DNA of 64,000 bases. Origin: a virus. Lineage: Duplodnaviria > Caudoviricetes. Positions within the stretch are counted from its first letter, which is position 1. The number at the start of each line of letters is the position of its first letter. Location: positions 72,516 to 136,515 of the IMG/VR virus record IMGVR_UViG_3300013105_000022; one strand, given 5' to 3'. The translations under genes were made by a program, and so were the position numbers. Below, in pieces: positions 55,740 through 63,527 of the stretch. The notes below the pieces were generated by a model, which saw nothing but the letters and a program-made list of their open reading frames with translations, did not search any database and had not been told where the DNA came from.

Positions 55740-56057
55740 ATGAATGTACGTCTAGGTTGGTCTGGGGACATCCACGGTGTGTGGACGAAGATGGATGTAG
55801 AGGTCGATGAATCCGACCTCATCCTGCACTTCATGGACTCCGGAATCGAGAACCCTCTGTTGCTCCGGTACTCTCCGCTGGAGAAGTTCAAGCTGATGTA
55901 CTCCATTGCGGAGACGTTCGTACAGCTTCACAAGATGAGCCGCTTTCCGGACATCTTCGGATCGGACAAGGATAAGACCGAGCTTCAGGGTCTCATCACA
56001 GCCCGTGACAAGCTGACCAAGCTCATCACCGAGAGGACCACGGCGAATGCCGAGTGA
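55740..56057 (+). CDS. Hypothetical protein
   Basis: ORF start matches the promoter offset. Confidence 0.6.
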   Translation: MNVRLGWSGDIHGVWTKMDVEVDESDLILHFMDSGIENPLLLRYSPLEKFKLMYSIAETFVQLHKMSRFPDIFGSDKDKTELQGLITARDKLTKLITERTTANAE

Positions 56058-56559
56058 GAACGTAGAGGCACAGCTACTACAGTGGGCCTCCGAAGCTCTA
56101 GAGCTACGCCACGGTGATGCGGGGGATACCGGAGGTCGAGTACGACTACCGGCATTCGAGCTAGGACAGCCCGCCGTCGTGGACATGCTGGGTCGAGTGC
56201 GTCAGCGCCTTGACCGAGTGGAAGAACTACAGGCTCAATCTCGACAGGCACTAGGCCGCGTGGTTCGTCTTCGTGAAGAGGCCGAGTATGAACTGAGCCT
56301 GAAGTATGACGACGCGATTTCGAACAACAAGAATCGCTACGTGGACTTCCAGAGTGCAGATGAGAAGCGAGCAGACGCCGCCCTCAAGTCCCTAGAGGAG
56401 AAGCGCAAGCTTCACCAGATGAAGCGCCTAGAGAGCCACGCCAGGGAAGTCCTAGATGTGGTCACTCAGTGCTACTGGGGACTGTCCAACCTCCGTGAAG
56501 ACCTTCTCCAGATGTTGAAGATTCACACCTTCGTAACCGCCGAAGAACTTCAGACTTGA
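56047..56559 (+). CDS. Coiled-coil hypothetical protein (possibly UvsY-like mediator)
   Basis: All-helical; next to SSB and RecA; function is a guess. Confidence 0.45.
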   Translation: MPSENVEAQLLQWASEALELRHGDAGDTGGRVRLPAFELGQPAVVDMLGRVRQRLDRVEELQAQSRQALGRVVRLREEAEYELSLKYDDAISNNKNRYVDFQSADEKRADAALKSLEEKRKLHQMKRLESHAREVLDVVTQCYWGLSNLREDLLQMLKIHTFVTAEELQT

Positions 56560-56640
56560 GGCCGTGGGCCGCGAGAAACCCAGTAGAATAGATAGTGAGC
56601 CACCCGCTCCCTATCATAGAACAAAAACAAGGAAAACGCA

Positions 56641-57627
56641 ATGCCTAGAGTAGAATTTGTCGAAGAGAACGTCAAGAAGAATGACTACGACTACCCGAAG
56701 TTCAAGCTAGAGAAGAAGGGCGAAATCGCCCGAGTAGCTGTTCTGGAAGCTCCGGTAGCCGAGTTCGTTCACAACCTGCGTAAGCCGAAGCTTGTCAACG
56801 GTGTTCCTCAGAAGGAAACCAAGACCAAGCGCAACGGCGAGCAGTACGAGGACTACGTATACGAGTTCGTTGCACGCCCCATCTGCCTGGGCGACTACGG
56901 TGTCCTTGAGTCCGATGGTTCTGACCCGGACAAGTGCCCGATCTGTGCAGAGGCAAAGCGCTCTGACCGCTTCTACGCCCCACAGCGTCGATTCGCTATG
57001 CACCTTGTGCGCTATGAGACCCGCGCCAACAGCGCTGAGGTCAAGGAGCCGTTCAGTGCCCGCACTGAGGTCTACTCCTTCACCGATAAGGTTTTCGGTG
57101 AACTGTACAGCTTCAAGCAACAGGGTTTCGACCTACGCAAGCACGACATCATCTTCAAGGCCGAGAACCCTACCTTCGCCGGTTACAACCTCTCGACCAC
57201 GATGGATGCTGAGTGGCTGAAGTCCGATGAGCGCAAGAAGTACGTTGCTGGTCTGATGCAGGCCGACAACCTGGCCCCTGACCTATCGATTTTCTGCGGA
57301 TCGCGCAAGAGCGAGAAGCAGATCGAGTACGACATCCGCGCAATCAACGAGGCATGGGAAATCGCCACGGGTGTTCGCACTCAGTCCGCGACCGATGCCG
57401 CGCTGAGCACCGTTGGTGGAAACCTCAGCCTGGTCGATGGTGGTCTCGATGACATCCTTGGCACTTCTTCGACCGCTACTCCGGCAGTGGTTGAGGACCC
57501 GAAGGATGCCGATGGCTGGGCCATCACGGACACGCCTTCCGAGCCTCTAGGCTTCGGGGACCTGACGGCAGATAGCTCTTCGTCTGACGACGGAGACGAC
57601 ATCGACGCCCTACTCAAGGGCCTCTGA
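56641..57627 (+). CDS. Single-stranded DNA-binding protein (gp32-like)
   Basis: H..C...CPIC Zn site, aromatic-rich core, acidic tail DDGDDIDALLKGL. Confidence 0.7.
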   Translation: MPRVEFVEENVKKNDYDYPKFKLEKKGEIARVAVLEAPVAEFVHNLRKPKLVNGVPQKETKTKRNGEQYEDYVYEFVARPICLGDYGVLESDGSDPDKCPICAEAKRSDRFYAPQRRFAMHLVRYETRANSAEVKEPFSARTEVYSFTDKVFGELYSFKQQGFDLRKHDIIFKAENPTFAGYNLSTTMDAEWLKSDERKKYVAGLMQADNLAPDLSIFCGSRKSEKQIEYDIRAINEAWEIATGVRTQSATDAALSTVGGNLSLVDGGLDDILGTSSTATPAVVEDPKDADGWAITDTPSEPLGFGDLTADSSSSDDGDDIDALLKGL

Positions 57628-57630
57628 CCC

Positions 57631-58224
57631 TTGTTCTACCTGACGGTGGACCTGGCCTCTAGATTCTCAGCCGCTGTGCTACGAGATGATACAGGCCGGG
57701 TCCGCTGGCAGGGCGACTCTGGAGGAGTCTCGCCTAAGGCGTGGGTCAACACTATCGCAGATGTCACCCACCGTCTAGAGGAGCAGGGGCACGAGGTTCA
57801 CGTCCTTGTGGAAGACGTGCCCTATGGTGTATCCTCCCAGGCTATGACCAAGCCGGTGACCCGACTCCAGGGTATGCTCATGCTGGCAATGGATCGTGAT
57901 TTCTACTTCATCAGTCCAACGACTTGGATGAAGGATTACGAAGGCGTGGCACGCGCACCCAAGGGTATGACTAAGGCTGACAGCCTGAAGTACCGAGATG
58001 CTAAGGCACTAGAGCACGCCGCGAATCTAGGCTACAATCCACCTGACCTCATTCAGGCGTACATCGACTCACTTCCCGAGGGTACGAAGGTTCTGAAGAA
58101 GAACACGAACCCTCTCGCCAAGTCCATGACGGACTACGTTATGGCGTTCCTGATTAACGATTGGCTCGTCCGACACGAGGACGAGTACACCACTCTTACG
58201 GGCGTGCAGATCGCCCTCATTTAA
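57631..58224 (+). CDS. RuvC-like Holliday junction resolvase
   Basis: TVDLA, VLVED, SPTTW and late D; between SSB and RecA. Confidence 0.65.
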   Translation: MFYLTVDLASRFSAAVLRDDTGRVRWQGDSGGVSPKAWVNTIADVTHRLEEQGHEVHVLVEDVPYGVSSQAMTKPVTRLQGMLMLAMDRDFYFISPTTWMKDYEGVARAPKGMTKADSLKYRDAKALEHAANLGYNPPDLIQAYIDSLPEGTKVLKKNTNPLAKSMTDYVMAFLINDWLVRHEDEYTTLTGVQIALI

Positions 58225-58232
58225 GGACGAAC

Positions 58233-58457
58233 ATGAAGATCAAGGTAAAGTTCCCGCACGACTACCAGATGGCTCAGAAGCTGGGGGAACTCTTCTGGAC
58301 TGAGACCTTCACCCCAGAAGAGATGGCAGACCTGGATTACCACGTTACACCTTCCGGTGATTCCTACTTCACCTACGAAGATGTGCTGTTCCGCCTGGAG
58401 AAGTACAAGGAGACAGAGAAGAAGGTTGTCTTCATCGCTGAGAGGGAAGATTACTGA
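58233..58457 (+). CDS. Hypothetical protein
   Basis: AAGGA RBS before ATG 58233; TGATG coupling to recA. Confidence 0.6.
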   Translation: MKIKVKFPHDYQMAQKLGELFWTETFTPEEMADLDYHVTPSGDSYFTYEDVLFRLEKYKETEKKVVFIAEREDY

Positions 58458-59713
58458 TGGCTGACGAATTCGCATCCAAGCTGGCACAGGTCCAGAAGAA
58501 GTTCAACACGGGTGTAGGTCCCGTATCTAAGATCGCTAGGCCGTCCTACTTCCTGTCCACAGGCAACATGGCCCTGGACAAGATCATCGGTGGAGGACTA
58601 CCTCTAGGTCGCGCTGTCGAGCTTGCCGGTCCTCCGTCCTCCGGTAAGACGACGACCGCCCTACAGACAGCCGCCGGTCTCCAGAAGATCATCATGTCTG
58701 GTGGTGGCACGATCATCGGCTCTGACGGTTCTGCCTTCGAAATCAAGGCCACAGACAAGATTCTGTACATGGACTACGAGGCTACCATCGATCAGGAGTA
58801 CTGCACGAAGCTGGGGCTTGATATCGATGATGACAGCTTCCTACTCGCTCAGCCTGACACGCTGGAGGACGGTGCCAACCTGGCCATCGAACTCATCGAG
58901 ACGGGCTACATCCGCTTGGTCATCTGGGACTCTGTAGCTTCCATGCTACCGTCTGCCAAGTCTCAGGCCGAGATTGGTAAGAGCCTCCCCGCCGTCCAGG
59001 CTAAGCTCATGAGTGACGTGGGTGCCAAGCTGGTACCTCTCCTGTACAAGCACCAGACTCTCAACATTTGGGTGAACCACCTGAAGGAGATGCTGGACAT
59101 GTCTGGCCGTCGTCCGGCTCACCTGGGACCGAAGATGGGTACCCCTGGTGGTGTCGCCCTGAAGTTCTACGAGACTGTGCGTATCGAGTACAAGCAGATC
59201 AAGCAGATCAAGGAGAAGGAGATTGACGTTCTCTCTGGTCAGGAAGTAGAAACTCCGGGCGCTACTGAGGTCGAGGTCAAGGTCGTCAAGAACAAGATCG
59301 CGCCTCCGTTCAAGAAGGCAGTCGTCCGTGTCCGCTACGGTCGCGGTTTCGACAACTTCTGGACGGCTCTGCTCTTCCTCATCTCCCAGAAGGAAATCAT
59401 GTACTCTGCGGGGTACTACTACTTCCACAAGGTCGAGGACAAGGGTCTCGTGCCTGACTGGATGCCACGTGCCAAGACAGGTACACAGCGACCGAACATC
59501 CGTACGGACGCGGCTATCCTCCAAGCGGCAGACGACAACCCTGTATGGCGTCAGGCAGTCATCGACTACGCGGCAGAGCTACTGAAGAACACCGACATCA
59601 AGGTAATCGCTGGTCAGTCTCCAGAAGAGGCCGAAGAGGATGCCAAGATCGATGCTGAGCTTGCCGAGATTCTTCCCATCCAAGAGGGTGAGAACCGAGT
59701 AGGTCTGCTTTGA
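58457..59713 (+). CDS. recA: RecA-like recombinase
   Basis: STG..ALD..IGGGLP.GR.VELAGPPSSGKTT, QPD..E, WDSVA, TPGG.ALKFY, VVKNKIAPPFK. Confidence 0.93.
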   Translation: MADEFASKLAQVQKKFNTGVGPVSKIARPSYFLSTGNMALDKIIGGGLPLGRAVELAGPPSSGKTTTALQTAAGLQKIIMSGGGTIIGSDGSAFEIKATDKILYMDYEATIDQEYCTKLGLDIDDDSFLLAQPDTLEDGANLAIELIETGYIRLVIWDSVASMLPSAKSQAEIGKSLPAVQAKLMSDVGAKLVPLLYKHQTLNIWVNHLKEMLDMSGRRPAHLGPKMGTPGGVALKFYETVRIEYKQIKQIKEKEIDVLSGQEVETPGATEVEVKVVKNKIAPPFKKAVVRVRYGRGFDNFWTALLFLISQKEIMYSAGYYYFHKVEDKGLVPDWMPRAKTGTQRPNIRTDAAILQAADDNPVWRQAVIDYAAELLKNTDIKVIAGQSPEEAEEDAKIDAELAEILPIQEGENRVGLL

Positions 59714-59727
59714 TTTTCTCGTTCTGA

Positions 59728-59738
59728 GGCGTATACAT
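59728..59738 (+). promoter_or_regulatory. GGCGTA-class promoter
   Basis: GGCGTATACAT, intergenic. Confidence 0.6.
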
Positions 59739-59759
59739 GAAGTGACTTAAGGAGTCCCA

Positions 59760-59921
59760 ATGGCTACAAGTAACTCAGTCACGCGAGAGCGTGCAGTTGA
59801 AATCGCATACAGGGTCGCTGGTGTTGACATCACCAACATCGTCAGTGTAGCGAACGAAATCGACAACTTCATCACCAATGGTGCACCGGCTGAGGAGAAG
59901 AAGCAAGATGGTAGCGTTTGA
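59760..59921 (+). CDS. Small hypothetical protein (53 aa)
   Basis: AAGGAG RBS; overlaps the start of the next gene. Confidence 0.6.
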   Translation: MATSNSVTRERAVEIAYRVAGVDITNIVSVANEIDNFITNGAPAEEKKQDGSV

Positions 59922-61068
59922 CACAATGAAGGACAAGCTCCTCTCCCTGGATGAGGTCCAGGAGAGGATTTCCTTCACCGAGCCGTTGACTCAGCAGTTC
60001 GTGTCGAGTGACCAGAAGGTTCACTTCGCCTTCGACCCCACGTGGGCCATTGGTCTGGAAGACAAGCACGGTACGTCGGCAGTGGATGCTTCCATTACCA
60101 TCGACGGTACCGAGCGTAGGCTGACCAAGGATGCCGCTCTTCAGGTAGGTGCCGAGTTCGGCTACCCTGGAAAGCTCACCGCCATCACGCCTTCCGCTCT
60201 CCTGGAGCAGAACCTGAACTACTGGTGGAACGCTGGCATGGGGGACAAAGAGTTCAACGTCCTGTCCACCGGTGCAGATCAGCATGTCGCGGCTCTGACC
60301 CGTCCGACGATCAATCCGTTCTCCAACCGCCTTCTGGTGCAGGAGACTGTCGATGGCATCCGTGACTACTACGGTCAGGACACGGAAATCTACGCTGACT
60401 ACAAGTTCAACCACAGCCTGATCCGTACGGACATCCGCTTCATCATCCCGGATGCCATTCGCCTCATCAGCGGCGGTGGACTGACGGACATCCCTGACGG
60501 TGAGCGCGACGAGTGGTCTGGTGGTATCCACCTGACGAATTCTCTGATCGGTAAGAGTCAGACCAAGCTCGAAACCTACCTGTTCCGCTGGTGGTGCACC
60601 AACGGTGCGACGACTCAGCTTGAGAACATCGGACAGGTCTTCAGCCGCCGTGGAGAGCACCAGACGGAGGATGTGTACGATTGGGCACGCGAGGCCGTCA
60701 ACGACGTTCTGGGCGGCTTTGAGAGCCAGTTTGACACCATCCAGGCTCTGACCTCCCTCAAGCTCGGCTCGAACACGGGTGAGGTCGTCAGCGAAATCTT
60801 CGACACATTCAACGTTCCTGTGACTCAGCGCAAGCGTGTCATCGAGGCACTGGAGACAGCCGAAGAACTGAACATGTACGTTGTGATGAACGCCATCACT
60901 CAGACGGCCAACGATCCTGACCTGTCAGATGACCGTATCGACAAGATTCTCCGCATCGGTGGAGCTATCCCTGGCGCTACGTTCAACTCGATCAAGGCTC
61001 GCCTCTGGGAAGAGGGTCACACCGCTGACTCGACTCAGCCGAACCCCTACCGTCTGCACATTTCCTAA
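59908..61068 (+). CDS. DUF932-like protein
   Basis: GI.LTNS..G.S......LFRWWCTNG and Y.VMNAIT motifs. Confidence 0.6.
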   Translation: MVAFDTMKDKLLSLDEVQERISFTEPLTQQFVSSDQKVHFAFDPTWAIGLEDKHGTSAVDASITIDGTERRLTKDAALQVGAEFGYPGKLTAITPSALLEQNLNYWWNAGMGDKEFNVLSTGADQHVAALTRPTINPFSNRLLVQETVDGIRDYYGQDTEIYADYKFNHSLIRTDIRFIIPDAIRLISGGGLTDIPDGERDEWSGGIHLTNSLIGKSQTKLETYLFRWWCTNGATTQLENIGQVFSRRGEHQTEDVYDWAREAVNDVLGGFESQFDTIQALTSLKLGSNTGEVVSEIFDTFNVPVTQRKRVIEALETAEELNMYVVMNAITQTANDPDLSDDRIDKILRIGGAIPGATFNSIKARLWEEGHTADSTQPNPYRLHIS

Positions 61069-61101
61069 GCGTCCCGCCTCCTTACCGCTTAGGAACCCCG
61101 A

Positions 61102-61148
61102 GAGGGCCACCAAGACTCCATGAGAGCACGGTGGCCCTCTTTCTTCTT
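61102..61148 (+). terminator. Terminator (preceded by a second 10-bp hairpin at 61062-61095)
   Basis: GAGGGCCACC/GGTGGCCCTC followed by TTTCTTCTT. Confidence 0.7.
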
Positions 61149-61156
61149 GTTTGTAG

Positions 61157-61186
61157 TTGACAGATGTCGCACAAGGGCGTATAACT
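61157..61186 (+). promoter_or_regulatory. TTGACA-N17-TATAACT promoter for lsr2
   Basis: TTGACA 61157; GGCG then TATAACT at 61180. Confidence 0.75.
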
Positions 61187-61230
61187 GTTAGTGAGCGCAA
61201 GCTACTACATCACAGAACAGGAACAAGACA

Positions 61231-61533
61231 ATGGCAGTGAAGACTCGCACTATCACCACACGAACTGACGACCTGGGAGGAGCCGGTGAGGCCCACAGCA
61301 ACACCCTGACTCTCAACGGACGTACGGTCAAGATCGACCTCAACAAGCGCAACGCAGAAACGCTGGCGCGTCACCTGGAGAAGTACTTCTCCGCCGGTGA
61401 GGAAGTCACCCCCGATCACTACCCTCAGGGATCAGTCCGCAAGTGGGCACTGGAGCACGGCTACGAGGTCAAGCCTCAGGGACGTGTCCCCCTGGAGGTT
61501 GAGTTCGCTTTCCTCCAGGCACAGCAGGCCTAA
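61231..61533 (+). CDS. lsr2: Lsr2-like nucleoid-associated protein
   Basis: DDL.G, IDL...NA..L...L..Y dimerisation domain; VRKWA..HGY.V..QGRVP...AF. Confidence 0.88.
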   Translation: MAVKTRTITTRTDDLGGAGEAHSNTLTLNGRTVKIDLNKRNAETLARHLEKYFSAGEEVTPDHYPQGSVRKWALEHGYEVKPQGRVPLEVEFAFLQAQQA

Positions 61534-61545
61534 GCACTTCCCCAA

Positions 61546-61574
61546 AGAGGCTCACCTACGGGTGGGCCTCTTCT
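61546..61574 (+). terminator. Rho-independent terminator
   Basis: AGAGGCTCACC-TACG-GGTGGGCCTCT then TCT. Confidence 0.75.
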
Positions 61575-61578
61575 GCAT

Positions 61579-61607
61579 TTGACAAACGAGAAAATAGCGC
61601 GTAAGCT
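61579..61607 (+). promoter_or_regulatory. TTGACA-N17-TAAGCT promoter
   Basis: Consensus spacing; GCG before the -10. Confidence 0.75.
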
Positions 61608-61637
61608 CGTTCTTACAACCAACGAAAGGACAAGCTC

Positions 61638-62417
61638 ATGTGGCTTTTCACAGAATTCGGGTATCTTCTCCCGACCATCACCTTCGATGACGACCCCATG
61701 CGTTCCACGGATCAGTGGGATCACTACTCCGTGGGTGGACAGTTCACCTTCCAGATTCGTGCTCGCCTCAAGGAGCACCTGGACTACTACTTGGCCAACT
61801 TCGCTGAAGCAGGCACGTACGGTGACATCTGGGCAACGCCCGACCACGACTACAACTTCCGTGTCTTCACAACTCAGGAGGCATTCGCCACCGCAACTGC
61901 TAAGATGGTCATGGCCATCGACTACCGGCACTTCAAGGACGAGTCCACGAAGTATCCGCGTGGTCACGAGTATCACAAGCTCCTGTTGGATGTCTGGCAG
62001 GACTCTGCGGAACTGGGAGACGGCCCTGGCGGCTTCTATGGTCCCTGGTCACCCGAGAACCCCAAGGGATACCGGCGTGCGCGTCAGTACAACGGCTGGG
62101 GCTGGGCAGACTATGAGGGTCGCCGTGTAGGTGACACCTTCGAGGGCATCGACTTCGGAGATGAGGATGAGCAGGAAGACTCCTGGTACCTGGACCCTCG
62201 CTTCGAGGATGCAGAGAACGAAGACCTCACCGATGACGAGCGCAAGGCGCGTGAACTGATCGAGGAGATGGATCGGTACGGTGTCTCTATGGAGGACTGG
62301 CACCTGAACATGCTTCCGAGCGAGTTCGAGACGGTCATCCCTGCTCTGCGTCAGAGCTTCAGCAAGAAGAAGATCAAGCGTTGGCGTGCGGAGAACCACC
62401 GGAACTTCGTCCTCTGA
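61638..62417 (+). CDS. Hypothetical protein
   Basis: AAAGGA RBS; MWLFT..G, IRAR..EHL, DY.FR, IDY..FK pattern. Confidence 0.75.
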   Translation: MWLFTEFGYLLPTITFDDDPMRSTDQWDHYSVGGQFTFQIRARLKEHLDYYLANFAEAGTYGDIWATPDHDYNFRVFTTQEAFATATAKMVMAIDYRHFKDESTKYPRGHEYHKLLLDVWQDSAELGDGPGGFYGPWSPENPKGYRRARQYNGWGWADYEGRRVGDTFEGIDFGDEDEQEDSWYLDPRFEDAENEDLTDDERKARELIEEMDRYGVSMEDWHLNMLPSEFETVIPALRQSFSKKKIKRWRAENHRNFVL

Positions 62418-62437
62418 GAAAAAAGTTGCCGTTTAGG

Positions 62438-62467
62438 TTGACAGATGCTCAGAAGTAGCGTATAACT
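62438..62467 (+). promoter_or_regulatory. TTGACA-N17-TATAACT promoter of the RNA cluster
   Basis: TTGACA 62438; GCG then TATAACT at 62461. Confidence 0.78.
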
Positions 62468-62474
62468 GAAGTAA

Positions 62475-62707
62475 GACAAACGGGAACCACTTAGACACCA
62501 GCCCCGGCGATCTTGCCCAAGACCTAAGAGCACGAAGCAAATGGTGAGTATGTGTGGGAATGCGGATACTTAGGCACTCAACTTCATAGACTGCGGTTCC
62601 ATAGGACAGCGAATCCACTGCGTGTGGGGCATCCTAGCCGCCGGGTCAGCCTCCAGGTCTCCTTTCTGGTTGGTAGCTTTCGAATGGTTCGGAGGCTGAC
62701 CCCTTCT
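62475..62707 (+). ncRNA. Putative structured RNA / leader of tRNA cluster
   Basis: 12-bp perfect stem 62643-54/62691-702 and crossing long-range helices; no credible ORF. Confidence 0.5.
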
Positions 62708-62780
62708 GCCCCACTAGGCAATGGAAGACCATCGATTCTCAAAAAGTCGAATGCTGTCGGTTCGAATCCGACGTGGGGTA
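62708..62780 (+). tRNA. tRNA-Leu(CAA), short variable loop
   Basis: Acceptor GCCCCAC/GTGGGGT, loop CT-CAA-AA, T arm GTCGG-TTCGAAT-CCGAC, A73. Confidence 0.8.
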
Positions 62781-62830
62781 CGGAGTGTACGATAGTATGG
62801 TACACTGGTAGAAACAACTGAAAGACGTAT

Positions 62831-62901
62831 GCGCCTATGGTGTAGTGGGAACACAAGAGCTTCCAAACCTCTTGACTCGGGTTCGATTCCTGGTGGGCGT
62901 G
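62831..62901 (+). tRNA. tRNA-Trp(CCA)
   Basis: Acceptor GCGCCTA/TGGGCGT, loop TT-CCA-AA (C31:C39 mismatch), TTCGATT T loop, G73. Confidence 0.75.
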
Positions 62902-62922
62902 CGGTATAACTGAACAACGTGT

Positions 62923-62995
62923 AGCGCGGTGCAAGTAAAGGTAACTGGACAGCCTCATAAGCTGATCGATAGGGGTTCAACTCCCCTCTGCGCAA
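62923..62995 (+). tRNA. tRNA-CAT (Met/fMet/Ile2 uncertain)
   Basis: Loop CT-CAT-AA, T arm AGGGG-TTCAACT-CCCCT, A1:A72 mismatch. Confidence 0.75.
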
Positions 62996-62996
62996 C

Positions 62997-63235
62997 GAAG
63001 ATGAAGAAATTCATCGACTTCAGGCCATACGGTCTGAAAACTACTGTAAGGTAAGAGTATGAGCAAGTTTGAGTATGAACTCCCCCTGGATCACCCAGGC
63101 AGGCTTTGAGTACCCAAATTAGCTGTACTCGAAGCCTCTGACACGGAAAATGTTAGGGGCTTCTTGCATCCCAGGACGCGGAGACGTATACCTGAGATAG
63201 CGATTGAACTTCGGGTCAAGCGGGCAACCGGCTCC
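62997..63235 (+). ncRNA. Putative multi-hairpin structured RNA
   Basis: At least six stems including a 13-bp one (63101-13/63125-37), with GNRA loops. Confidence 0.5.
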
Positions 63236-63261
63236 CCAACAAATCAACAGAGGAATCTTAT

Positions 63262-63337
63262 CTAGATGTAGCTCAGCTTGGTATAGAGTGCTCGCCTCGG
63301 ACGCGAGAAGTCGTGGGTTCAAATCCCACCATCTAGA
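63262..63337 (+). tRNA. tRNA-Pro(CGG)
   Basis: CTAGATG/CATCTAG, loop CT-CGG-AC, canonical D and T arms, C1:G72, A73. Confidence 0.9.
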
Positions 63338-63378
63338 CGACAGGGTTGTAGGTATACCGGTTAGTGGAACCTTCATGA

Positions 63379-63449
63379 CAGGCTGTGGCGTAATGGTAGC
63401 GTGTTTGGTTTGGAACCATAGGGCGGGAGTTCGATTCTCCCCAGCTTGA
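63379..63449 (+). tRNA. tRNA-Pro(TGG)
   Basis: CAGGCTG/CAGCTTG, loop TT-TGG-AA, TTCGATT, A73. Confidence 0.88.
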
Positions 63450-63527
63450 CGAGACGGAGACGAGGGTTCGATTCCCTCCACCGGGCCTTGTGCCTGGTGT
63501 AGTTCAATGGTAGAACACCGTCGTGAG
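63450..63527 (+). ncRNA. Circularly permuted tRNA-like RNA (YrlA/Y-RNA-like architecture)
   Basis: Order is T arm, loop-closed 8-bp acceptor stem, D arm, all closed by GACGG/CCGTC. Confidence 0.8.

Noticed and set aside
2096-59713. Inteins or introns in terL, dnaB, polA and recA
   Set aside because: Motif spacing is normal and no splice-junction or embedded endonuclease motifs were seen
62831-62901. tRNA-Gly(TCC) reading of CTTCCAA
   Set aside because: Stem register AGAG/CTCT centres the loop on CCA, and the G73 discriminator fits Trp
63453-63486. tmRNA 3' end (GGTTCGATTCCCTCCACC)
   Set aside because: No G3:U70 alanine acceptor or GGGG 5' end; the segment pairs with a downstream tRNA 5' half that has a full D arm
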